From contig OZ244048.1 of the NCBI GenBank assembly GCA_965215265.1, forward strand, positions 3,744,001-3,808,000: 64,000 nucleotides of DNA. The letters are read 5' to 3'. The notes under the pieces were generated by a model. It saw only the letters and a list, made by a program, of their open reading frames with translations, was not told where the DNA came from and did no database searches. The position numbers and the translations under genes were made by a program. The DNA is from Candidatus Poribacteria bacterium (GTDB lineage: Bacteria > Poribacteria > WGA-4E > WGA-3G). Within the stretch, counting starts at the first letter, position 1; each line of letters opens with the position of its first letter. Of this stretch, positions 36,360 through 46,611 are shown one piece after another.

Positions 36360-37376
36360 ATGCAATACAGAACACTCGGACGCGCCGGTGTCAAAGTTTC
36401 ACAACTCTGCCTCGGCACCATGATGTTTGGCGGCCCAACGAACGAAAAGAATTCAATTCGCATTATCCATCGCGCAATGGATGCCGGTATTAATTTTTTA
36501 GATACTGCAAACGTCTACAACGCCGGCGAATCAGAACGAATTATCGGAAAAGCCGTTCGGACAAACAGAAAAAAATGGGTGATTGCTACAAAGGTACACG
36601 GTTCAATGGGCGACGATGTCAACGAGAACGGCTCACACCGTTTCCATATCATGTCCGAAGTCGAAGCAAGCCTTAAACGCCTCGGCACAGACCATATCGA
36701 CGTGTATTACCTCCACCGATGGGATGCCACTACACAGATTCAGGAATCCCTGCGTGCTCTGGACGATTGTGTCCGGCAAGGTAAAGTTCGCTACATCGCC
36801 TGCTCCAACTTTCAAGCGTGGCGCATCTGCGAGGCATTATGCACAAGCGAAAAATTCGGACTAGAAGAGTTTGTATGTGTCCAACCCCTCTATAATATTG
36901 TCAATCGTGATATTGAAGTGGAACTGCTGCCCTTCTGTCAAAAATACGGAGTCGGTGTCGTTCCGTATAGTCCACTCGCACGTGGCGTACTATCCGGAAA
37001 GTATAGATCGGGACAAGAGTCTCCCGCAGGCTCCAGGGCAGCTCGACAGGATAGGCGAATTTTACAAACCGAACTCCGCGAACAGAGTTATGAAGTCGCA
37101 CAACAACTCAAACCGTTGGCAGACGCACACGGGAAAACACTAACCCAATTTGCACTCGCATGGGTACTGGCGAACCCTATTATCACTTCTGTTATCATAG
37201 GACCCCGCACGATGGAACAGTTGAAAGATAACTTGGGCTGTCTGGATTGCACCATAACCGAGAACGATGAAAACGCCATTAATCAGTTGGTACCGCCCGG
37301 TGAACACACCGGTGAAGGCTACAATGACCCGGCGTATCCTGTACTTGGAAGGACGGTACACAGTCAGCCTATTTAA
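36360..37376 (+). CDS. Aldo/keto reductase
   Basis: LCLGTMMFG, DTANVY, SLKRLGTDHIDVYYLH, YSPLARG. Confidence 0.95.
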   Translation: MQYRTLGRAGVKVSQLCLGTMMFGGPTNEKNSIRIIHRAMDAGINFLDTANVYNAGESERIIGKAVRTNRKKWVIATKVHGSMGDDVNENGSHRFHIMSEVEASLKRLGTDHIDVYYLHRWDATTQIQESLRALDDCVRQGKVRYIACSNFQAWRICEALCTSEKFGLEEFVCVQPLYNIVNRDIEVELLPFCQKYGVGVVPYSPLARGVLSGKYRSGQESPAGSRAARQDRRILQTELREQSYEVAQQLKPLADAHGKTLTQFALAWVLANPIITSVIIGPRTMEQLKDNLGCLDCTITENDENAINQLVPPGEHTGEGYNDPAYPVLGRTVHSQPI

Positions 37377-37436
37377 AAACGCATTCGTGCACATAAGGCT
37401 ACCGTCAGTTTTACACTATCCGTTTTTCGCGAAGCC

Positions 37437-38318
37437 TTACTTCACGAATGACGAAATTCTGTCAAATAGTGGCGAACCCTCGTTGACTAAGAAGAAATTG
37501 CGACCGCACGTCTCTGAGATGTGGGAGCAACGTCTGAGCGAATGTTTTCTAATCTCATAAAGACTGTACCCTAATGATGCCAGATACTGCTCTATCTTTT
37601 CAAAAGTGTCACTATTCATTTCTCCGACATCTCTCAATTCCGCCATCACGAGGGGTCTGTCTGTTTTCAAGTAGTGTTCACCGCCACGTAGCACCTCCAA
37701 CTGATAGCCTTCAACATCAATTTTGATGAAATTCGGGAGCGGTAGCTTCGGCACGAGGCGATCTATGGTATCCAACTCTATCGATTCCGAGCTGCCTGGT
37801 TCCTTCATATATTTTAATGAGGCGGTGCCTTCAGCAAGCACCGCATCTGAATAGTACAGAAGCCGCTGCTCCTTTCTGTCACCCATCGCCTTGTTGACAA
37901 CGGTGACGTTTAAGAATTGATTCAGAAAGACGTTTTCACGCAGGTATCCACAAGTCTGAGCAGCAGGCTCAAACGCCACAACTGCCCCACTATTCCCAAT
38001 GCAGCTCGCAAACAGACAGGTATAAAACCCAATGTTCGCCCCAATATCCCAGCAGACATCCCCCGGTTTGAGTATTCGCCTCAGTTTACCGATTGCATAC
38101 CGTTCGTCATGGGTACCGTAAAAATAGAGATATTGGTGCTCCGGATTCGCTAAGTTCGCCTTTAACTGAAAAGAATACTTGGTTTTGAAAACGACAGATT
38201 TTTCCTGCGGCATAATCCAATTTCTCGTCAACGCTAACAGATGACGTTTCCCATCAGTGACGGGGCACCGGCGAAGGTAGCCTCGCACCATCCAACTCAG
38301 ATAACGCCTCATCCCCAC
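37437..38318 (-). CDS. FkbM family methyltransferase
   Basis: WDIGANIG, AFEP, FIKIDVEG. Confidence 0.93.
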   Translation of the reverse strand: MGMRRYLSWMVRGYLRRCPVTDGKRHLLALTRNWIMPQEKSVVFKTKYSFQLKANLANPEHQYLYFYGTHDERYAIGKLRRILKPGDVCWDIGANIGFYTCLFASCIGNSGAVVAFEPAAQTCGYLRENVFLNQFLNVTVVNKAMGDRKEQRLLYYSDAVLAEGTASLKYMKEPGSSESIELDTIDRLVPKLPLPNFIKIDVEGYQLEVLRGGEHYLKTDRPLVMAELRDVGEMNSDTFEKIEQYLASLGYSLYEIRKHSLRRCSHISETCGRNFFLVNEGSPLFDRISSFVK

Positions 38319-39127
38319 GTCTCAAGCCCCAACAACTTTTTGCCGAGTTCCGTTAGATACGCTGTTTCACCTAATTCATGCTCCTTTTCAGTCCGTTCAC
38401 CGCCAAAACCAGCCATCCGATTTTTCCATGCATTGATGCGGCGCTCCCTAGCATCTGGATTCTTCTCGCCGGTCGGCGACATAGAGATGTATTGCACCAC
38501 CCTCGGCACATCCGCCGTGTTGATACCCGCACTATGCGGCAACGCACTGTGCCAGATAACGAGCTCGCCTGCTTTCCCTGCTACAGGCACTGCACCTAAC
38601 GCCTCTAAATCTTGCTGGCGCGGATCCGCATCATCTGGAAGGTTTTTTAGCCATTCCTCAATTTTGCGATGGAACCCCGGCACACACGTAAACGCGCCTT
38701 GATTGGCATCAGTATCTGTCAGATACAGCACCCCTTGAACGTGGAATCGGAACGGGACCTCAATTGACGTGTCCCAATGCAACCCGAGATTGTTCCGTTC
38801 AAATTTGCCTGTTACATTCGGCGGACTCATGCTCGCCCTGTCGAAACTCACCCACAGTTTCTCAGTACCCCAAATCTCAGCGAACGCTTGGTGAACGCGC
38901 GGAAATTGGCGCGTCGCCCACAATGCCGGATGCTGGTATATTTCTACCATGATACTTTTGCGAGGAGGGTCCGGATACCAACTCGCTGGAGAATCCGCAT
39001 CCATTTCAAGGAAATCCCAGACTGCTTTCTCGGCGGCTCCAACAAGGTCCGACGGCACAGCATCCGGAATAACGACATAACCGTTCTCTTCCCAAAAATC
39101 GCGCGCTTCTGAATTCAATACAGGCAT
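38309..39127 (-). CDS. Phytanoyl-CoA dioxygenase (PhyH) family protein
   Basis: FWEENGYVVI, LHWD, GAFTCVPGFH, IWHSALPH, R. Confidence 0.92.
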   Translation of the reverse strand: MPVLNSEARDFWEENGYVVIPDAVPSDLVGAAEKAVWDFLEMDADSPASWYPDPPRKSIMVEIYQHPALWATRQFPRVHQAFAEIWGTEKLWVSFDRASMSPPNVTGKFERNNLGLHWDTSIEVPFRFHVQGVLYLTDTDANQGAFTCVPGFHRKIEEWLKNLPDDADPRQQDLEALGAVPVAGKAGELVIWHSALPHSAGINTADVPRVVQYISMSPTGEKNPDARERRINAWKNRMAGFGGERTEKEHELGETAYLTELGKKLLGLETWG

Positions 39128-39148
39128 TTTTGCCTCCTTCTAACTATC

Positions 39149-39610
39149 CTAAAAAGTCAAACGGCGTAAAAAAGCAGAGAGAAAGATAACTATTAAACCG
39201 AAAATTATTATGAGGTTCAGCCACCGTGAAGGCTTCTTTTGGAAAACGCTAAATACCGGATATGGAAACGTTAGAACAATTGCAACCGTAAATATCAGAA
39301 ATACGATAAAAAGTTTGATACCTAAAATGAGGATGTAAACTGAGTAATTTGAAACGGTAGGATGTGTAGTAGCCACTTTCCGTGTTTCCCACAGGAAGGT
39401 GATGAAGTTGTACAATCCCGATACTAAAACGGTTGAAAGCGTAGTCCACACAACAGCCCTGAAGCGCCTTAGGGCAGCTGAAATAAAACTCCCCGGACAA
39501 GGGAAACGGTTGGCAACCGGAATCAGAACAACGCGAAAAAAGAAGAAGCCCCCTATCATCAAAACTACTGAACCGACATGTAACCACTGCATCAACGGTT
39601 TTAGGAACAT
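39149..39610 (-). CDS. Four-TM membrane protein (CopD/DUF4149-like)
   Basis: WLHV.S....GG.FF..V..P, SGLYN, Y..ILGIKL. Confidence 0.7.
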   Translation of the reverse strand: MFLKPLMQWLHVGSVVLMIGGFFFFRVVLIPVANRFPCPGSFISAALRRFRAVVWTTLSTVLVSGLYNFITFLWETRKVATTHPTVSNYSVYILILGIKLFIVFLIFTVAIVLTFPYPVFSVFQKKPSRWLNLIIIFGLIVIFLSAFLRRLTF

Positions 39611-39694
39611 AATTTTCTCGATACGAACCGCCGTAGAACTAGCCAAGCGAGAAAAAGGCGGATACAGTTCATATCCCCGTATCCGCCTAACAGT

Positions 39695-39934
39695 CTACAC
39701 AACAGGTTTGCCGCCAATCGGATTGAAACAAGAACGAAATTGCTTGCAGACATCCGGTGAAACAAAATCGTCATCCGGACCGATCGCCTGCATTGTGCAA
39801 TTGCACCAATAGTGCGATTCCGGATTATTTTCAACCAAGTTCTGTACGTTTCCGCCAGGAATGTAAATCGCCTTCGTCCGGAGATACTGACATATCGGAC
39901 GGTTGAAAAGGGGCAATGTCTTTGCTTGTACCAT
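39695..39934 (-). CDS. Small Cys-rich hypothetical protein (79 aa)
   Basis: SD AAGGAG; CQYLRTK..Y, HYWCNCT...GPD...C...RSCF. Confidence 0.75.
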   Translation of the reverse strand: MVQAKTLPLFNRPICQYLRTKAIYIPGGNVQNLVENNPESHYWCNCTMQAIGPDDDFVSPDVCKQFRSCFNPIGGKPVV

Positions 39935-40026
39935 GTTTTTCTCCTTTTTGCTTCTGGAAGCACTCAAGCTATTTCGCATGAAACTCCCAATGCCCATTTA
40001 ATCAGAGTTGTTTGACTCGATCGCAT

Positions 40027-41007
40027 CTAACTTGCAGCCATCATCGCAGCACGACCGATCAGATTCTGAGTTAGCAACACCTTATACTCGTTGTCGTTCA
40101 AAGGTTGGGCATCCTTGACAGCATCTGCCCCGGCTTGTCGGCTTACAGAATCGTTAATCATTTTACCTGTCAAGGCGGCTTCTGCTTCCGCAGAACGCCA
40201 CGGCGCAGGCGCAACACCCCCCAAAACAACGCTCGCGTGCTCGCACGTCTGACCTGACATTTCAAATACACCGGCAACACTTGCCAAAGCAAAATCGAGG
40301 GAGCCTTTTTCGCGCGCTTTCAGATAAAAACTCTTCGTGTTCGGTTTTGGAGCCGGTACCTCTACCTCAACAACGATTTCATTAGGTTCCAAAACGTTCT
40401 CACGAAACGGATTCGCTGCAGGAAGCGTAAAGAACTCTTCCACTGCCATCGTTTTCCCACCTTCAGGGCCAACAATCTTCAACGTCGCACCCAACGCAAT
40501 TAACGCCGGAGCAAGATCCGAAGGATGCACGATATACACTGGATCTCCACCGAGAATTGCATGGTACTTGTTCAACCCCTCAACAGCGTAGCAGAGGTCT
40601 CCGCCCTTCTTGAGACAATTCACTGTCTCATCACGGTAATACCAACAACGCGGGCGTTGGCAAAGATTACCCCCTAGCGTCCCGACGTTCCGTATCTGCG
40701 GTGTCGCTACAGAAATCGCCGCTTGTGCAAGCACCGTGTAGTGCTGCTGAATCGTAGGATGCATCGCAATATCAGCGACAGTCGCTAACGCGCCTATTTT
40801 CAAACCTGAGGCATCCGCTGAAATCTCATCCATACCAGGTAACGTCTTGAGGTTAACCAACGTCTTCGGGGTTTGAATGTACTCTTTCAGTTCAGTAAGC
40901 AGATCTGTCCCGCCCGCGATAACCATTACCTCACCCCAACCGCTGTCATTCAACAACGACGTAACCTGTTTGAGACTGGTCGCATTAACGTAAGTAAATT
41001 TTTCCAT
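40027..41007 (-). CDS. Xanthine dehydrogenase-family FAD-binding subunit (PaoB/YagS-like)
   Basis: AGGTDL, IRNVGTLGGNLCQRPRCWYYR..C...G..C ([4Fe-4S] insert), LGGVAPAPWR. Confidence 0.93.
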   Translation of the reverse strand: MEKFTYVNATSLKQVTSLLNDSGWGEVMVIAGGTDLLTELKEYIQTPKTLVNLKTLPGMDEISADASGLKIGALATVADIAMHPTIQQHYTVLAQAAISVATPQIRNVGTLGGNLCQRPRCWYYRDETVNCLKKGGDLCYAVEGLNKYHAILGGDPVYIVHPSDLAPALIALGATLKIVGPEGGKTMAVEEFFTLPAANPFRENVLEPNEIVVEVEVPAPKPNTKSFYLKAREKGSLDFALASVAGVFEMSGQTCEHASVVLGGVAPAPWRSAEAEAALTGKMINDSVSRQAGADAVKDAQPLNDNEYKVLLTQNLIGRAAMMAAS

Positions 41008-41110
41008 TGACTATCTCCTTTTGCGTAAACGAACAATTCAAGCCGCTGAAGTACTGCACACGAAAAGCACCGTGTTTGAACATCAGCGACAAAATCACTT
41101 TACGCTACAA

Positions 41111-43231
41111 TTACGCCTTCTTCGCAGCAAGCGCGGTGAGAACTTTGTCCGGGGTCAAAGGCAACGAACGGATACGTACACCGATAGCGTTGTAAACCGC
41201 ATTGGCTATCGCACCCGGTGTCGGAATACAAGGAGGTTCACCAACACCCGTCACCTTCCGGTGTGTATCAAAGACGATCGATTTAACCTCAGGAATCTCT
41301 AAGCTGCCAGGCACCTTGTAATCCTCGAGGTTCGCATTTACCATGCGTCCCACTTGTGAATCCATGAGACGTTCTTCAAACATTGCCTGCCCTAAGCCCA
41401 TGATAACCCCGCCATTAATTTGACTCTCTGTCGTGAGGCGGTTGATCGCCAGGCCACAATCCTGAACCGCGACAATTTTGAGAACTTTGATAATACCAGT
41501 CTCTGTATCCACTTCCACTTCAGCAAATTGTGTACCTGCAACACCATTTTGGCGAAGTTCTTCATCCCAATTCCCGCCTTCACTGATGCTTTCCATACCC
41601 AGTTGGCCGGCCGCCTGTTCCCAGGTAAGCGTCTTCGTCCGATCAGAGACAACGTAGATGGTACGACTGCCGGCACGTAGGTCCGCAACAGGTGCTTCCA
41701 ATAAAGGCGCGATGCGTTCAAACAACTTCTGTTTCGCCGCCGCCGCTGCTGTCTTGATAACCGGGGCAACCGAGGCAGTCGTCTGGCTCCCACCACTTCC
41801 GCCGGAAGGTAAGCCCGGACCGCTATCGCCTACCTTGACCTGAATATCCGTTGGAGTGAGCCCGAATTCTTCAGCAACGATAATCGCTATTGCCGTGCGG
41901 ATGCCGGTACCAATGTCTTGTGTACCTGTCACAGCTTCAACAGTACCGTCCGAATTGATGGTGACACGTACTTCGGTGCCTCTCCCACCGCCACCACCCC
42001 ATTGGCCACTGCCGAGCCCGATACCGCGTTTTTTCACACCGTTGCTACCACCCGGGACCCTATTCCGACGGTGCCATCCAATCTCCTGTGCCCCTAACGT
42101 ATACTGTGCTTGACGCACCTCACTCCGATCATTAATGCGGCGGAATTCCAATGGATTCATACCGAGTTTCTCTGCCAATTCATCCATCAAGCAGTCCATT
42201 GCAAACGCGCCTTGTGGATGCCCGGGCGCACGCATCGCGCGTTGGTTACCCGCGTTGGTGACGACATTCACCTTTTCAGTCCGGAGATTCGGAACATGAT
42301 ACACGTACGGCGCTTGAAATCCGGCACCACTAGAGATGCCGCCTGTCCCATGGCCGCGCATATCATAGGCGATGAGACGTCCGTCACGCGTCGCACCAGC
42401 ACGAACGTGCTGCGTCATTGAAGGACGATTGCCCGCAACGAGGTGCTCGTCCTTACGGGTCAGCATCAGTTTAACCGCTCTCCCGGTAATACGGGCTAAC
42501 TCCGCAGCTGTTCGTCCTTCTATCCCTGGGCCAAATTTGCTCCCAAAGCCGCCCCCCATGTGTTCTGTAATAACACGAACTTGATTTGCAGGAAGCTCAA
42601 AATGCTGTGCAAAATCATTCCGCACTCCGAAAACGCCTTGTGTCGATGCCCATACCGTCAGGTGCTCCTCATCCTCCCACTCGGCGACATGCCCATGTGT
42701 CTCTAAGCAGACATGCGTTTGAACCGGGGCATGGTACGTTGCCTCTACTTCAACGGCAGCTTCGGCGAACCCTGCAGCCAAGTCACCGGCTTCACGAATA
42801 TTTGGCGGGCTCTGATTCCCTGTCCAATCGTCACGGATTTGCGGCGCGCCGTCTGCCATCGCCTCCGATTCTGTCACAACGAACGGATGCTCTTCTAAGT
42901 GAACATGAATTAAACGGAGCGCATCTTTCGCTAGGTCATCAGTTATCGCTGCGACAGCGGCAATTTCCTGACCTTGGTACCGGAGTTTTTTCCCTACTTC
43001 GATCAACGGGATAACCGCTTTGACCCCTTGCAGTGCCTCAGCTTCACTGGTATCAATCCCTAGCACCGTTGCATGCGGCACCTCAGCACGCAAGATTCGT
43101 CCATATAGCATCCCCGGACGATTGATATCAAACGTATACTTCGCTTTTCCTGTAACTTTATCCTTACCCGACAAACGTGGAATCCGCTTGCCGATGAGGC
43201 GAGATTCACTCGCTTCTCCCCATGATGCCAT
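41111..43231 (-). CDS. Xanthine dehydrogenase-family molybdopterin-binding subunit (PaoC/YagR-like)
   Basis: KVTG.AKY, GGGFGSK, MRAPGHPQG, QDIGTG, GVGEP, R.LPLTPDKV. Confidence 0.95.
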   Translation of the reverse strand: MASWGEASESRLIGKRIPRLSGKDKVTGKAKYTFDINRPGMLYGRILRAEVPHATVLGIDTSEAEALQGVKAVIPLIEVGKKLRYQGQEIAAVAAITDDLAKDALRLIHVHLEEHPFVVTESEAMADGAPQIRDDWTGNQSPPNIREAGDLAAGFAEAAVEVEATYHAPVQTHVCLETHGHVAEWEDEEHLTVWASTQGVFGVRNDFAQHFELPANQVRVITEHMGGGFGSKFGPGIEGRTAAELARITGRAVKLMLTRKDEHLVAGNRPSMTQHVRAGATRDGRLIAYDMRGHGTGGISSGAGFQAPYVYHVPNLRTEKVNVVTNAGNQRAMRAPGHPQGAFAMDCLMDELAEKLGMNPLEFRRINDRSEVRQAQYTLGAQEIGWHRRNRVPGGSNGVKKRGIGLGSGQWGGGGGRGTEVRVTINSDGTVEAVTGTQDIGTGIRTAIAIIVAEEFGLTPTDIQVKVGDSGPGLPSGGSGGSQTTASVAPVIKTAAAAAKQKLFERIAPLLEAPVADLRAGSRTIYVVSDRTKTLTWEQAAGQLGMESISEGGNWDEELRQNGVAGTQFAEVEVDTETGIIKVLKIVAVQDCGLAINRLTTESQINGGVIMGLGQAMFEERLMDSQVGRMVNANLEDYKVPGSLEIPEVKSIVFDTHRKVTGVGEPPCIPTPGAIANAVYNAIGVRIRSLPLTPDKVLTALAAKKA

Positions 43232-43234
43232 CGG

Positions 43235-43882
43235 TTAACCTCCCATTTTACGTGATGCGCTCTTCACCGCATCAAAAATGAACGGATAAGTGCCGCAACG
43301 ACAGGTGTTGCCAGACAAGCCCATCTTAATCTCTTCCAATGTCGGTTTCTCGTTTTCGCTCAACAGTGCTGCTGACGACACCACAAAACCCGGCGTGCAG
43401 AAACCGCACATCAGTGCATCGTGTTGGACGAACGCCTCTTGTACCGGATGCAAGTCATCGCCGTCTGCCAATCCCTCAACAGTCGTAATCTGCTTACCTG
43501 GTGCGTCAATCGCAAGCATCATGCACGCATAGACTGTTTTACCGTCTACCATCACCGTGCAACCACCACATTCACCGCGGTCGCAAATTAGTTTTGCACC
43601 CGTTAAATCAACATTTTGGCCGTTGGTGTCAATTCCGTCGCGTAAAACTGTCAACAGAGTTGTACGGGGTTCAACCTCTACCTCATACATCTTACCGTTG
43701 ATATTCAGTTGAACCGTCGCCACGGAAATTGCCTCATCTGTTTGTGCTTCCGCTGCCCTCTCTGTACCAATAAGCACCGCCGGTGCTACTGTCGCAGCAA
43801 CAGTGCCGGTACCTACGCCCTTCAAGAAATTTCGACGCGAGATACTCGTACCCTGTTTCTTTTCTTTATCTTTCTCCGCCAT
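43235..43882 (-). CDS. [2Fe-2S] subunit with Tat signal peptide (PaoA/YagT-like)
   Basis: SRRNFLKG Tat motif; CDRGECGGCT, CGFCTPG, NTCRCG. Confidence 0.95.
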   Translation of the reverse strand: MAEKDKEKKQGTSISRRNFLKGVGTGTVAATVAPAVLIGTERAAEAQTDEAISVATVQLNINGKMYEVEVEPRTTLLTVLRDGIDTNGQNVDLTGAKLICDRGECGGCTVMVDGKTVYACMMLAIDAPGKQITTVEGLADGDDLHPVQEAFVQHDALMCGFCTPGFVVSSAALLSENEKPTLEEIKMGLSGNTCRCGTYPFIFDAVKSASRKMGG

Positions 43883-44590
43883 GTGTATTCTCCTTTAGTT
43901 ATGTCTCACAAATACAAATAACACTATTCACTATCTGTCCGATGTATTATGTATTGGTTAGATCTTCGTTACCTCTCACTTAATTTAGTCTATCACATTT
44001 CAGTTTTTTTATCAAAAAAAGTAGATCGAACGATAAGGCGCGTTTCGTGTGAAGTCTACCGTAACGATTTCTTCCTGTTACCCGCAACTTGTACGAGTCT
44101 GATGTCTGGAGATACTTGCTTTTTTGCAAAGTGGAATGGGATATTCAACTTTAGATGCTTGTATTATTGCCCTCTCTGCATCCTATACGTATTAATTTTT
44201 CTTTAACGTATGTGCAGATTCCGTTCTGGCCCAGGTCAATGGCTAATGTAGTCATTGCCTCATTCCTTCACCACTCACAACTGCCAGGCGGCCAAGGTTA
44301 TGAAAAGTTGTGTCCGTCCGTTCTGGTTTATAGGTTTGCCCCCTATTCCATTAATGTTAATCATACTACAAAACGGTTTCTCTGTCAAAAAAACGACGTA
44401 TTTATTTTCCTTTTTCCGGATTTATACACAGTAATTGCATTTCTATCAAAATTAGAAAAAGATAAAAATTCAGTGGAAATTCATCGCGAAATCGGGTATC
44501 ATGTTAACATACTAATTCGTCAAACGGGCGGATATAGAAATTTACCCTTACGTTACGTACTGGATTCTATCCAAGCAACAGGAGAATATA

Positions 44591-44917
44591 ATGGCTGCAA
44601 ATACGTTCGAAATCAGTGATGATACATTTGAAGGCATGGTACTTACGTCGGAAACGCCAGTCGTTGTTGATTTCTGGGCAGAATGGTGCGGGCCCTGCAA
44701 AATGATCGCGCCGCTTTTAGAAGAACTCGCTGCTGAAAACGAAGACACCTTCAAAGTCGGGAAACTTAACGTGGACGATAATCGCCAGACAGCAATGCAG
44801 TTTGGCGTGCGAAGCATTCCAACACTTCTGGTCTTCAAAGATGGAAAAGTCGCAGGACAGATCGTCGGGGCAATGCCCAAAGAAGCACTCAAGAAGAAAA
44901 TTCTAGACGTACTCTAA
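44591..44917 (+). CDS. trxA: Thioredoxin
   Basis: VDFWAEWCGPCK, SIPTL. Confidence 0.97.
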   Translation: MAANTFEISDDTFEGMVLTSETPVVVDFWAEWCGPCKMIAPLLEELAAENEDTFKVGKLNVDDNRQTAMQFGVRSIPTLLVFKDGKVAGQIVGAMPKEALKKKILDVL

Positions 44918-45143
44918 TGATGTAAAGGCACACTACGCCCTCGTTCTAATTTCTCTATTTCTCAAGCATCAGGCCATTTCTGGAAAAATTCCATCAGAAA
45001 TTTACAACCTAACCCTAAGCAATCTCCATGCGGAAGTACCAAGGCCGGAGCGAAAAAAAACACTCCGGCATGGCTTCTGCGATGGATTTCCTTCTCTCCT
45101 ATAGCCTGATGTAGCAACGGGTGTTTACACCTGAGGAGACACT

Positions 45144-46466
45144 GTGTTCTGGCAATTCATCTACAACGCCCTCGCTGTTCCGGTTATGTTCGTCGGTTTT
45201 CATGGAGTTGGATATTACCAACCGAAAATTCGTCAAGGCATCCTCGGACGGAAACAGATATTTGAGAAACTAAAAACCCAAATCCGCTCTTCACGAAATC
45301 TCAAGCGGACTGCATGGTTTCACTTCACCTCCGTCGGAGAATTTGAACAAGCCAAACCGCTTATTGAAGCCATCCATGCAGAGACGCGAATTGTGCTAAC
45401 CTTTTTCTCCCCATCTGTTGCACCGAACGTCGACACCTATGTATATGCAGATGCCGCCGTTTACCTGCCCCTTGATACACCAGCAAACGCAGAACGTTTG
45501 ATTCGCATCATCGTACCCACAGTGATTGTTTTTTCTAAGTTTGACATTTGGCCCAATCTCGTCTGGAAAGCCTCCAAATACGGTATTCCTATCATTGTTG
45601 TCGCAGGAACACTCCACAGCAAATCCAAACGGTTGTCACCTCTCGCGAAACCTTTCTTCAGAAGCGTACACCGCTATATCAACGTCCACTGTGCAATCTC
45701 TGATGAGGATGCCGCACGTTTCAAACAGCTCTGCTCATCCAAAAATCAGATTGTTGTCACCGGGGATACCCGCTATGAACAAGTTTATCGGCGTGCCACT
45801 GCCGTTCAACCAGACGTTGAATTCTTCCCGGGACAAGCCACTTTAAGGGCGACTTCACAAAACCAGCCCCACACCACAAAAAAACGTTCCATCCTCATTG
45901 CAGGAAGCACTTACACAGAAGATGAACAGATCTTATTGGAAGCGTATCAACTGCTGCGCCATCATTCACCGCAGCGCGTACCTTATCTAATTCTCGTACC
46001 GCATGAGCCGACACCCGAGCGAATTGGACAAATCAAAGCACAGTTAGTGCAGCACAACATGACGCACCGGTGCTTTTCAGCCCTAAAACCCCATGAAAAT
46101 TTAGCGATAACTGATACCCTTGTGGTTGACACCGTAGGGCATCTTGCCAAACTTTACTGCCTTGCAGACATCGCCTTCGTCGGCGGGAGTTTCCACGGCA
46201 GCGTTCACAACGTCATGGAACCCGCCGCCATGGCAAAACCAGTCTTATTTGGCCCCACCATCCACAATGCTTACGAAGCATCGCTTCTAACCCAACGCGG
46301 CGCAGCAAAAATCGTTCACACCGCACAACAGATGGCAACAGCAATCATCGAATGGCTCACTAACGAAAATGCAGCAACCACCGCAGGACAAATAGGAAAA
46401 CGGGTTATAGTAGAAAATCTAGGCGCAGTGGAGCAGACTTTAGAGCATCTGCGACGCTACCTTTAA
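45144..46466 (+). CDS. waaA: 3-deoxy-D-manno-octulosonic acid transferase
   Basis: WFHFTSVGE, YLPLD, GDTR, AGST, LVPHEP, FVGGSF..HNVMEPA. Confidence 0.92.
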   Translation: MFWQFIYNALAVPVMFVGFHGVGYYQPKIRQGILGRKQIFEKLKTQIRSSRNLKRTAWFHFTSVGEFEQAKPLIEAIHAETRIVLTFFSPSVAPNVDTYVYADAAVYLPLDTPANAERLIRIIVPTVIVFSKFDIWPNLVWKASKYGIPIIVVAGTLHSKSKRLSPLAKPFFRSVHRYINVHCAISDEDAARFKQLCSSKNQIVVTGDTRYEQVYRRATAVQPDVEFFPGQATLRATSQNQPHTTKKRSILIAGSTYTEDEQILLEAYQLLRHHSPQRVPYLILVPHEPTPERIGQIKAQLVQHNMTHRCFSALKPHENLAITDTLVVDTVGHLAKLYCLADIAFVGGSFHGSVHNVMEPAAMAKPVLFGPTIHNAYEASLLTQRGAAKIVHTAQQMATAIIEWLTNENAATTAGQIGKRVIVENLGAVEQTLEHLRRYL

Positions 46467-46611
46467 TAGAACTCACAAATATTGGTTAACTGGGCTTTAT
46501 CTCATATAGAATAAAATGGATTTGTCTTATTTCGACTACTTTTATTTGTTCATCAAACAGTTAAAGAGGTTGGGATTTGCAGTGGGGTTGTTAAGGCACA
46601 ACGAACGGTTG

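Noticed and set aside
43883-44590. Moco riboswitch or real ORFs (43949..44206, 44155..44619) in the long intergenic region
   Set aside because: No recognisable Moco motif; the ORFs are AT-rich with no SD or motifs. A few hairpins are present but unconvincing.
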